Assembly: GCF_009914755.1 (NCBI RefSeq)
Contig: NC_060938.1
Strand: one strand, 5' to 3'
Length of the DNA: 64,000 nucleotides
Source: the human T2T-CHM13v2.0 reference genome, Homo sapiens
Position numbers and translations under genes: made by a program. The stretch's first letter is position 1, and the number at the start of each line of letters is the position of its first letter. Shown here piece after piece: positions 52,701-64,000 of the stretch. The notes beneath the pieces were generated by a model that was not told the DNA's origin, did not search any database, and saw nothing but the letters and a program-made list of their open reading frames with translations.

Positions 52701-55700
52701 CTAATGGAAGAATGCAATGAGCTAACCGATCCATGACCAGAGTAGTACCTGCACCTGGATATGGGGACAGAAAGAGAAGAGGAGGAGGAGGCAGGATGGA
52801 AAGCTGGTCCTGTCCACCTGCATGAGCCATGAGCATAGACACGTCATCACACCCTCTGAGCCACCAATGCCTCATACTGAAAATGGAGATAATAACTGCG
52901 TCATCAGCATCAAGTGAACCAAAGCCCCTTCTGAAACAGAATCTACTCTGTTATCTCAGTTGTGTTTTTAAAAACCATTTATCCCTCAGTGTGTGTGTCT
53001 GTAAGGTCATTTCTCCGTCTCTTATCTATCTACCGATCTGTCTAAACACAGGAACAATGTAAACAAAACACTCGTGTATTTTTCTGGGTGGCAAGGATAC
53101 AGGTGATTTTAATTTTCTTTCTGCATTTCTAAATTTTCAAACGTTCCTGTAAAGAAAAGAGCATGTGTTATTTATATTACCAAGGAAAAACACAAGCCTT
53201 CCATGAACACTGATCTCGGTAGTGTTGCTGCAGGATGACTGAGATATCGAGGGGGCTGAGGTGCCAGGGGTCTGCACTCTGACAAGCCTGACGTTACTTC
53301 CCTTTCCCTGGCCTGAGAGCTCTGGTTTGTGCCATGTCATCCCTGAGCCTCCATTTCCTCATCTGTCGAACGGGGATGATACTGACTCTTGGAGCTGGCA
53401 TGAGAGTTTAATGGGACAGTCTATTCAGATGCCTCACACGGGGCCGTAATTACTCCCCAAATGTCAGATCCTTTGCCTTCGACAAAAATTCCAGCTGGAT
53501 CCTCTGCAAGCCTTTGCTAATGGGCCAAAACTGTAGCCAGGAAGAACTCCTGAACAATACTGTTTATTTATACAGTGGGAAGATTGAAATCATTATGCTT
53601 TGACTGGCAGGAGTTATTTATAGGCCTCGTTCCCAGTGAGCTGCTGGGATCAGGGCTCTCCCCAACAAATTCACCAGCTCCCCTGCCTGGCCATGAAACC
53701 CCACGGATATCTGAGTGGGCCTCTGCTTCTCAACCACATGAAAGCGGAATTCCTTCCTGGTTCTATTAAGCTAAAATCACTCCCTGCAGTAAACAAGGCA
53801 CGAGAGGGAGGAGGCCAGAGGAAACCCTCCAAAAATGACTGGGCGGAGCTGAGCGGCAGGAGCAAACGCCAACATCCCTCTGTACAGCAGCTCTGTGTCC
53901 TGAGCAATTAGAGATTCCAACCCAAGAAGCCAGATCTCCCTGCGAGTCCGCCATTACTCCCAAGAGTTGATGCGGCCCAGAGTCTGCAGAAAGCACCACA
54001 GTGAACATTATGGGTGTGAATGGATGAGATTTGGCTGGATAAAGATCGGAAAAGGGGATGCCAGGTAGGGGAATCTACACAGGCCAAGGCAGGGCGGCTG
54101 GAACGTTGAGGCGCTCGGTTGGGTAGAGCACGGGATAAGAAAGAGCAAGCAGTAGGCATTCACATGAATCCACTCAGAATCCTGGCGCAGAGGAGGTGTT
54201 CAGTAGATGTTGACTGGCTGGACATTGATAGACTTTGAGCAAAATTAGGATGAAAGGGGGAGGTCTCTGGAAGAGAGGAGGTTGCAGCATTTTTTCCCTT
54301 CTCAAGTCTTAGCCCTCTCCCCATGTTCGGAGGTGCACAAAGCTGATTTGAGTCCAGTGCAGAAGGGATCTGAGCCCCCACCCCCACCCCACTCCTGCAC
54401 AAGTCTCTTCTGCCTCCCCACCAATCAATTTCCAGAGGGCCCAGGAGAGCCCCTTTGGAACTTATACACGGCAAATACCTTACGCCAAGTTTTCAAAGTC
54501 AGGGCATTGAGTAAAACCCAGGCTGTTTCTCCAAATCCTTTAAAAAAAAAAAAACTTTCCTTTAAGTTCCACATGCATCTGAATTCAGGGGAAACTCGGA
54601 CCACATGTTTTTGATCCATCGACACTTAAATCATCAAAATGCTATAGACTGATGGTTTGGAGGCCAACAGGAACACCAGAGTCTTTTAAAGACTTTCTTC
54701 TATTTCTCTAGCAATCAGGAAGTGCTCGTTTTCCAAGAGGAAACCAAAGTTTGACTCCAAAGGGGCTGCTGCATTTAGTTCCAAACTCAGCACCCTCAGA
54801 GGCCAAGCAGACTCAGAATTTGGCAAAAGCTGCTGTTGCAATCACCGCGGAGAAAGTATTTACAGTCCAAGGAGCTCCACGTTCCTCTGCCTGTTCTGCT
54901 GCCCTGTTCTGCCTGGATGCAGCAGGCAAAGGGGGAGGAGGAGTGGCTACGGGCTGGGAGAGAAAGGGCCAGCGACGAAGGGAGTTAGTACCAGGAACTG
55001 CTGGCAGACCCAGAGGAAAATGTAGATCCTGGCTTCACACATGGGACCTGATGCTGCCACCCACCACACGTGGCCCTGGTGGGGAGCATGGGCCACTCCA
55101 TCTCTATGTGGTCTTTGGGAGAGTGAAAGTCAACATCTATTTCATGAGACTGTAGGAAAAAGGAAATATTCAATAAGAGGGAAGTAAAATAAAACAAAGC
55201 AAAGTACACGTAAATGCATGCCAGGAAACACACTTAGTCAGGAAAACACCTGGCCAGACAGAATTCCATCAGATTTTACCAAAATCTTGCCCCTGGTAGT
55301 CATCGTACCTCCATTCCAAATGCCTACCTATCCACTCTGGCTCACTGGCTGGAATAACATTGGCAGGGATTCTGCAACTCACACAACCAAACAGTGAGTG
55401 AATAAACATTGAAAGCTCCCTGTGGAGCAAAGAACACATCGTTTCTAGAGCTTAATGTGTCATGAACAAAACTACGTTTCTAGTGGTTGATATCAACCAC
55501 TAGAGCCTCTTTGCTAAGAGATGATAACAGTAACAGCAATGATAATTAATAATGGTGTATCCCCATCCCCATGAGATTTGTTCTGTAGGCCTCTTCCTGT
55601 GTGCCCCACACTGACATTTCCTCAAAGCAGGGGAAAGTTGGTGACTTATGACATAGACACATCCACCCCCAACCATGCTGGTTTGAGAGAGATAGATCCC

Positions 55701-55894
55701 AATTCATGCTCTGGCCCATGCAGGCACAATGGGCAGGAGCATGTTCCCATTGGTGGCCAAGCTGAGGTCTGGCTGTGCAGCACTGCCATGCCTACCCATC
55801 CCCAGCTGACGTCACCTCACCTCCTGCAGCTACACAATTCTGAGGGAGGCTATCCCTAAGGAGTAAATTGCAGTCTGACTAAATGGATAACAGC

Positions 55895-56508
<614 letters not shown>

Positions 56509-57884
56509 TTAGCTCTCCACAAACATCAGTTGTCTTTCCTCATACCCGTGCATGTTTCCGGCCAGTCAGGAAAGTTTGCATCAACAGCAAATTCTGTGGT
56601 TCCACGGAAGCCTGGGATCATGGAATCGGAACACCAGGGTAGCAGGGGAGCAACGATGGGGTGAGGTCAAATGATCATGTCCAAATACTGCCTTTGGGAG
56701 ATTTTGCCTTTTTTTTTTCTTTTTAATTCACCATCAACAGTTCAGTCTCCAGTGCTTTGAAATCTCCTGGGAAGATTTTCCCACTGATGTCAGCTGCCTG
56801 AATCCCCAGAGCTAGAGATACAGAGAGAAAATCCTCTCAAAGGTCTGGACCACCCACAATGTGCCCTTGACCAAGCAGCCCCTCCTGTCTGCTAATTGGG
56901 GCTTGGGGAGGAGGCCAAAGGAAGGTGGGCCGGGTGAGAAAGGAAGAAAGAGAAGGCAATGAGGAGATAAAAGGGAAGTGGGGCTAGGAGGAGCTCCAAA
57001 TCTTAATCCTTTCTTTCTGCTGGCCTGTCCAGAAATGAATCATCGCTATTTGGTTAAAAGATGTTTTCAGATCCTGGAAGCAAGGTTAAGTAAAAACAAT
57101 AGGTCTTAGCTCAGGGGGAAAGGAGGGGGCAACATTGTGTCTGGGGACAAGAACTGTCCCTAAGCATCAGAGTCAGCCCTAGGTAACCCCAAGGAGCTGA
57201 GAATTTTCCTGCCTTCAAACTCTTAGGGGAACAAAGAAGTGTCGCAAGGGCTATTGTGTCAGGGAGCGAGAAGTCACTCTGACAGTTGGGAACGGCTCTG
57301 ACCAGAGAATAAAAAGATGGGAAGGCAATTACCATGGATCTCGTCTTTCCTGTTGCTGCAGTGGAAATGCAGGCGAGTGCCAACTGGCCAGCTCATTTGT
57401 ATGAAGATGAACTAAAGATGAACAAGACTCCTCCCTGCCTCCCCTGGGGGCTTCACACAACAGGACAGACCACAACATCCAGGGAGCCCAGGCTGAAGAG
57501 ACAGAACCTGACAGCCCAAGTGGCAGCTAGAAGCAGGGGCTGCAACCCCATCCAAACCCCAAGTTCATCCCTCCACATCCAAGTGTCCATGGTCACAAGA
57601 GAGGGGCCGGGACAGGCACTCAGACCCAGGCTTGAACCCAGCTCACTGTCTACATTGGCTGTCCAGGCCTCTGTGTGCTCACTGGGGAACCCGGGAGAGT
57701 CACACGCCTTGGTTGTGATGAGGGATGGTGAGAGTCTATCCAGTGACAGTGAGTGTCTAACTTTGGGACACCAGGCCCAAAGTGGGCCCGGAAACAAACA
57801 GGTTTGCAGACTGAAGCTCAGTCTTCTCCTTCTCAAAGTCTCAGAGCCCTATTTCCCAAAGAGTCTTTGGCCTTTGGTGATTTG

Positions 57885-58155
57885 GAAAAGAGAGAGGGAG
57901 AGTGAGCAAGACAGACAGACAGAGACCGAGGGACATGGGGTGAGATAGAGATACACAGGAAGAGACAGAAAGAGAGAGATAAAGGAAAGACAGGAGAAGG
58001 GAAGGGAAGGGAAGGGAAGGGGAAGAGAAAGGAAGGAAACGAAAGGATGGGGAAAAGATAGGAAAGGAAAGAGACAGAAAAGGAAAGGGGAGGGGAGAGG
58101 AGGAAGGGGGGAGGGAGGGGAGGAGAGGGGAGGGAGAGGAGGGGAGGGGAAAAGG
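57885..58155. repeat. Polypurine tract: (GA/GACA)n, (GGGAA)n, G-rich end
   Basis: Direct reading. Confidence 0.9.
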
Positions 58156-59719
58156 CTTCCCGTGGTCTAACAAATTGGGAGACTGAAGATTTGGGCAGAA
58201 TTCAACCTCCTGTTGTGGAACAGGTGTTCTCCTGGCCTGCAAATGCCAGCTGGCCTTGTCAACCTCCAACAGGACGCAGAGTTTGTGTCTGCATGGCTTG
58301 TGCACCCTTGGTGGTGAACACACCATGACAGACCCTGGGCGGCACTGTCACTCCTATCACTTGGCCCACTGGTGCCCCCACAGAGCCCCTGCCCCCCTCA
58401 CAGGTGAGCCTGGCCACAGGGGTTGGAAGGAGCTTGTGGTAGGATCTGGCCAGACTGGGCTGCAGTCTTGGCCAGGCTACGCCAAGCTGGACCATGCCAA
58501 GCTGGTCTGTCTTGAACAGTCAGGATGAGTCATCATGAACAAGATGCCTTAATTATCTGTGTGCCTCAGTTTACTCTTCTGAAAAGATAAAATAAAACTC
58601 AGTTCCTAAGGGTATTTAAGAGGAAAAGAAATGAACTGATAGATGTGAATAGTTAACTGTGAGTCTCACAACCTAGAGGGTAGTTCACGCGGGTTCATCC
58701 CCTCCTGAGGCCATCCCCATGTGATGGGGGTAGGGGTGTTAGAGGAAGGATGCTGACCAGGGATATTTGGTGCTTAAATGGGAGACAACTCATTGGAACT
58801 CTTAACTCATGCTTCCCAGAAAGACCACAGGAGGTCTGGACTAGGGAGCCAAAACCTAGCCCCATTTAGGCTGGGAAAAGGTCACTTTTTGAAGCTGCAC
58901 TTCCCCATCTGTCATCTGTCAAGCCTGGGTCTATGAAGTCCTACCTCCCCTCACTGTGAGGGGGAAACACATAGGGAAGGAGAACGCACCTGTCAGCCTC
59001 AGAGGGCCAGAGAGGCCAGGAGGGAAATGGACATTTCCTGAGGGCCCATGCAGGGAGCTCGCCATACATTTACACGGGGCAGCATTTGCTCAGGATGCCC
59101 ATTGACCCTCCAAGCCAGCATTGTAGAGTCAGGCCTGGGAGACAACTCAAAGGCAGAGGTGATCGTGTGTGAGAAGATAAACAAGATGGGAAAACAGTCT
59201 CACAAACACGACCAAATGGTCAATCCATCCATCAGTGCAGAAGCAAGGCCAGGATGGATGACAAAGTCCTTTCTCCCCACCTGGAAAATCTTCCATATTT
59301 TATAATTTGGCATGTCCTCAAAGCCCTTCAGATGGAATCACAAACTTGTTCAGCCCTGAGCCACAGTGGTGCAGCTTGAAGAAGTGAGACCCACCTTCTT
59401 GAGGCCACTTAGCACCTTCCACCCTGCAGGTAACCTGAGTGAGGCCCCCAAAGGCAATGAGGAGAAAAAAAGCGGTTCTGGTCAGGAAACGCTGAGTTCA
59501 AATCCATGCTGCACCACTTCAAAGCCAAGGCCTCAGTTTCTTCACCTTTCTGAAGGAGAAGTTAACACTGGCGTCTCAGGACAGTCAACAGGTTGACGCA
59601 TGGGTGGGAACAGGCGCACCCAGCTCAGGAAGCCACATGGGGCTGAAGGCAAACTGGCCACATCCGCCCCCCACTACCCCCAGCTTGGAAGCCAGGAGCT
59701 TAAATCCAGGTACTCTAGT

Positions 59720-60345
59720 CTGGAGATTTCTCAAATAGCTTTAAACAGAACTACCATTCCACCCAGCAATCCCATTACTGGGTATATACACCCGAAGGAA
59801 TAGAAATCATTCTACCCTAAAGACACAGGCACTGGTCTGTTCATCACAACACTATGCACAATAGCAAGCATAGAGAATCAACCTAGCTGCACAGCAACAG
59901 TGGACTGGATAAAGAAAATATGGTACATATACACCATGGAATACTATGCAGCCACAAAAAAGAATGAAATCATGTCCTTTGCTATGACATGAATGGAGCT
60001 GGAGGTCATTATCCTAAGTGAATTAGTACAGGAACAGAAAACAAAATACCTTATGTTGTCACTTTAAAGTGCAAGCCGAACATTGAGTACACATAGACAC
60101 AAAGAAATGGACAATAGATCATGGGACCTACTTGAGGGTGGAGGGTGGGAGGACAATGAGGATTGAAAAACTATCTTTCAGATATTATGCCAGTCACCTG
60201 AATGACAAAATAATCTGTACACCAAACCCCCACAACGTGCAATTTACCCATGTAACAAAGCTGCACATGTACCTCCCAAACCTAAAATGAAAAATTAGAA
60301 AGAAAAAAAGAAAATACATCTTAACAAAAAAAAAAAAAAAAAAAA
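59720..60345 (+). mobile_element. L1PA15/16-like LINE-1 3' end with poly-A
   Basis: acagaactaccatt...cccagcaatcccattactggg...ggaatactatgcagcc...ctgtacaccaaacccc...poly-A. Confidence 0.93.
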
Positions 60346-61039
60346 CATGCTGAGCCTCCCAGGAAAGTCCAAGAGCCCTGTCAAAGGGATTGGCAAGCAG
60401 TTTAGGCTTTTCCAGGAAAAAAGGGGAGCCCAGCTCGAGGCCACAGAAAGCTCAGTCCCCAACCCTGACTCAGCCCTGAGTCATAAGCTAAAAACACGCC
60501 TTTGCCAATTGCAGCTCTCATCAGCCATAAGTAATACGGGACTGATGAAAACTGGGTTTTTCACTCAACAGAGGAGGGTATCTCAGGTAATTAGCCATAA
60601 CCTCATGTATAGGTAATTTGCCTTTTCACATGAGCTCTGGCCGCCATGTCTGGGCCCTACCTCCAAAAAAAACTTACACCAACATTAACCGGCAAGATGT
60701 GTTTGATTTCAAAGGATTACCCTTCCCCTGTAAGTATTTTGAGTGCAAAATGCTAAATACACAAACACCCTTAATTGGTTTGTTCTAATCCGCCGACTTG
60801 AGCCTCTCTAAAAGAATCTTTGCACTTGGTCTCTGCAGCCACCTTGCATTTGCTGACGGCTCTGCTCTGAGCTCATCTCTGAGCTAAGCATTCCGTAGGC
60901 TGGAAAGAAGTGGAGAGGTTCCTGTTTTGATCTATCATTTGTTCATTCATTTCTTCACATCACAGCTACTGGGAACCCACCATGTACCCTAGATGAGGAG
61001 CAGAGAACTCAACTTGGAGAAATTTAAAATTGAAATGGG

Positions 61040-61170
61040 TGGCAGAGACCAAGTCTGATCACTTCCTTTTACAGATTGGAGCCCTGAGGTCCAGCCTTGC
61101 CTAAGTTCACCCAGCAAGTTGATGGAGGAGCTAGGAGTAGAAGCTGGATCCATGCCTCCTGGCCTGCTGA
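61040..61170 (-). mobile_element. MIR
   Basis: ttttacagattggagccctgagg...ttgcctaagttcaccc. Confidence 0.6.
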
Positions 61171-61759
61171 GGAGGCCACAGAAATCCTAGCTATGACCTC
61201 CCCTGCTTATGGGGGGCAGGAGCAGCCCCCCACTTTCTCTTGGGCACACCAAGACCTCTGAGTTTGTGCAGAGGCTGGGGATGCTCCTGCCAAGTGGCTA
61301 ACTGCACAACAAGGTCTTCCCCGGCCAGGCCCCTGACTAACCGCCGATCCCGCAGTCCAAGCCCTGCCCCAACTGCAGGACACTCCTGGGAGAGGTTCCC
61401 CAGGTTCCCATGACTAAGGCGGCTCTCCCAGGACAGCTCTATTTTTCACATTGTGCCGATGTCGCAATGCCCAGCCAGATGAAGCAAGAGGGACATTCGG
61501 TGTCTACCCAACATTTCCAGAGAAGCTCAGGGAAAACTGCCAAAAGCCAGAATTCCTCGGGGCTAACTCCCAGCTCCCCTAATTCCCCAGCTCTTTCTTC
61601 AGCATCAAAACCCCTTCCTTTCCTTTTAACTCTAACAATCTCGGTGGAGAAGTGGAAACAGAAAGAGCCGCCTGTGCTGGCTGAGCAGCTCCCGGAGCAG
61701 GGCAGGAGGCCAGGCTCGTGGCACCAGGATCTCGGGGTATGGCTGGGGGTTACTGTCTG

Positions 61760-62100
61760 CCTCATCTTACACATAAGGAAACCGAGGCGCGGAAACTTTA
61801 ACGGATTTGCCCAAGGTCACCTGGGGAGTGATTGGCAGACCTGGGTCTGGAACCAAAGGTTTCTCTGATGATAACATTAAAAATACGAGCCAACCATGAG
61901 CATTCACTTGTGTGGCACAGGTTTGAGTCCTGGCTGGGTTATTACTCATTGGATCCTCACAACAAGTGTATGAGGTAAGAAGCTTCAGTTCCCCATTTTA
62001 TACCCTAGCAAACTGAGATGCACACAGGTGAAATACCCTGCCCCGGCCACACAGAAGTGCGGGGCAGAGCTCAAACCCAGGTTCCCCATCACTACAGCAA
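61760..62100 (-). mobile_element. Two MIR elements
   Basis: aggaaaccgaggcgc...ttgcccaaggtcac; cctcacaacaagtgtatgaggta...ccccatttta. Confidence 0.75.
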
Positions 62101-62804
62101 AAGCGCCTAACTTCTCTCCGGGTGGCTCCGCCATACCCTCTCCACTCATGGGAGCTTTGGTGCTACTCAGCCCTGCATGCTCCTGGGGGGCTCCCTTCTC
62201 CTAAGGTCCAGGTTTCCATCGGTGAAATGGAACCCTGATGGCTCCCTCACAGCACACAAGATGACAAGGACCTGATAAGAAATTGTGAAATCTCTCCTCT
62301 CCTCTGTTTTCTTGTCCACCCCCAAATCCACATCTCACTCAAGTCATACATGTCCTGGAAGCCCGGGTTACTCATACCCATCCCCTAGACACAGTGAAGA
62401 GCAGTTAGTCGGTGAAAGGAAAACAACAAATGGTAAGTCTAAAGCCAGAGGGGCCAAGTCCAGGCTTGATCATGGAGCTATTGGGTGGCCCCAAGCAAGC
62501 CCTTCCCTGAGCGGGCCCACTGTTCTCATCTGTAACATAAGCCCATGGATAAGAACAATCACATGTGTCCCTTTCAGTGTTACCAGCTTAGGGCTCTGAA
62601 ATTCAAAAGATGATTTTAAGCCACTGGCTTCCTAATTCAATAGACCAGAGGTATCGATGTGTTCATTCCCTCCTCCTCAAGAAAAGACAGCAGAAAACCT
62701 CTCATTGAGCAGCTAGGATGTGCCTGACACATGAAAAATACTCAATTAATATTAGTTTAGTGAACAAAGGAATTCTTTTGTTTCACTGATTTGTGCATTC
62801 CCTC

Positions 62805-62875
62805 ATGAATGAGTGAATGAATGAATTAGTGAATGAATGAATAAGCAAGTGAATGAATGAATGAGGGAATGAATG
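62805..62875. repeat. (GAAT)n repeat
   Basis: gaatgagtgaatgaatgaattagtgaatgaatg... Confidence 0.85.
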
Positions 62876-63669
62876 CAAGTCCTAGGCCCAGAGTTTGGTG
62901 CTCTCAGATCCAAGCATTGAGCTCTCATAATTAAGGTGCACTGCCTCTGGCTCGGAAATAAACTAGTCTCGCACCCTGGAGGCATATCTATAAACATCTC
63001 CGCACCTCTGTTTTCCTCTTTGTAAAAAGGACCCATTGAAGCCTACATGAACCAGGTCCTCGTGTGGCTTCAACAAGGTGCCTGGCCTGCAAATAAGAGA
63101 GCCTGGCTGCACTCAACAACCACCCTTATTATTTATTTTATCATAAATAGCTATAATTTAAGGCTGACAGTAGTGAGCACTGTTCGAGGGGGGTAGACAA
63201 AGTGTTGTGGAGGTTGATTGGAAACTGAAACCATCCCTTCTTCCAGTCGGGGGGCGGCATCTGAGCAGAGAGCTGACTTCAAATGGGACCCATAGTGAGG
63301 TGTGGATGTAGGAGAGGGAAGGTTCTAGGGTGGAGAACAGCAGGAAGGACAACAGAGGGAGGAATCCTGGATCGCCTAGGAGAGGGGCTGGTTCATCTAC
63401 CATTCAGTGGAGCATTTGGCAAAGGTGAGTTGAGAACCTACTAGCACAGCTTCCCCACACTGAACAGGTAAGATTTGCTCCTGGCCTCACAGATCTCACG
63501 GTCTACGGGGTGCCTAGACAGCTCTGGCCACCACAAGTGTGCCCCATATTGCAGCAGGGAGTGGCCTGGGAGAAGGAGAAGTTCGCACTGTCGTGGGAAG
63601 TTGACAGCCCAGTCGCAAGGAGCCATGACTCCCAAGTTAGGGAGGTAGAAAGACCTTCCCTTGTTAGCA

Positions 63670-63870
63670 AGGGGAGCCATGGAGGAGTTTTGACCAGAAA
63701 AGTAGTACAAGTGAAAAACAGCTTCAGAAAGATGAAGTTCACAGCGGTTCAGACAAAACATTTCACACAAGAGAATCCTGAGGAGACAAGGAAGAAGACA
63801 GCTCGAACGGGATTCCAGGTAGAAGGGAAAGGATGACAGAAGGCATGGGCAGGGAAGGGAAGGACAGAAA
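63670..63870 (-). mobile_element. L2 fragment
   Basis: ggagccatggaggagttttgaccag...ttcagaaagat...tccaggtaga. Confidence 0.5.
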
Positions 63871-64000
63871 GATGGTGGTGGTGGAGTGGTGAGAAGGAGG
63901 CCAATGAGGTGAGAGAATGACAGGGGGCTCAGGCACACCAGACCCACAAGGAGCAGCAGGCTGGCAGGGCAGGTGCTGGCCTGAGGTCGGGACACATTGC

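Noticed and set aside
55807-55814. Full CRE palindrome TGACGTCA
   Set aside because: Single 8-mer with no supporting context
57334-57948. Longest ORF (204 aa)
   Set aside because: No recognisable domain; crosses MIR-like sequence and ends in a GA repeat; no exon or promoter context

Overview
Primate (most likely human) non-coding genomic DNA, rich in interspersed repeats: about a dozen Alus (S and J families), many MIR and L2 relics, L1 fragments (L1PA, L1M, HAL1-like), MaLR LTRs (THE1, MST, MLT1), ERVL LTRs (LTR32-like, LTR16-like) and DNA-transposon relics (MER20, MER58A, MER102, MADE1). No protein-coding exon, RNA gene or CpG island is supported; the longer ORFs I examined are repeat-derived, low-complexity or chance frames. 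Several repeat-free islands carry homeodomain, Pbx-Hox, AP-1, MEF2 or GATA motifs and palindromes, which suggests an enhancer-rich gene desert or large intron. I cannot name the locus. Best observations: (1) an LTR32-like solo LTR with a complete TATA-Inr-Kozak ATG-splice donor arrangement, a candidate exapted first exon; (2) a double snap-back templated insertion inside an L1 ORF2 fragment; (3) a 79-bp locally templated copy of an L2 segment inserted about 1.1 kb away; (4) a palindrome-rich, AT-rich 1.2-kb unique block with a micro CpG cluster. Repeat subfamily names come from recalled consensus sequences, and boundaries of old repeats are approximate. I found no convincing novel multi-gene system.
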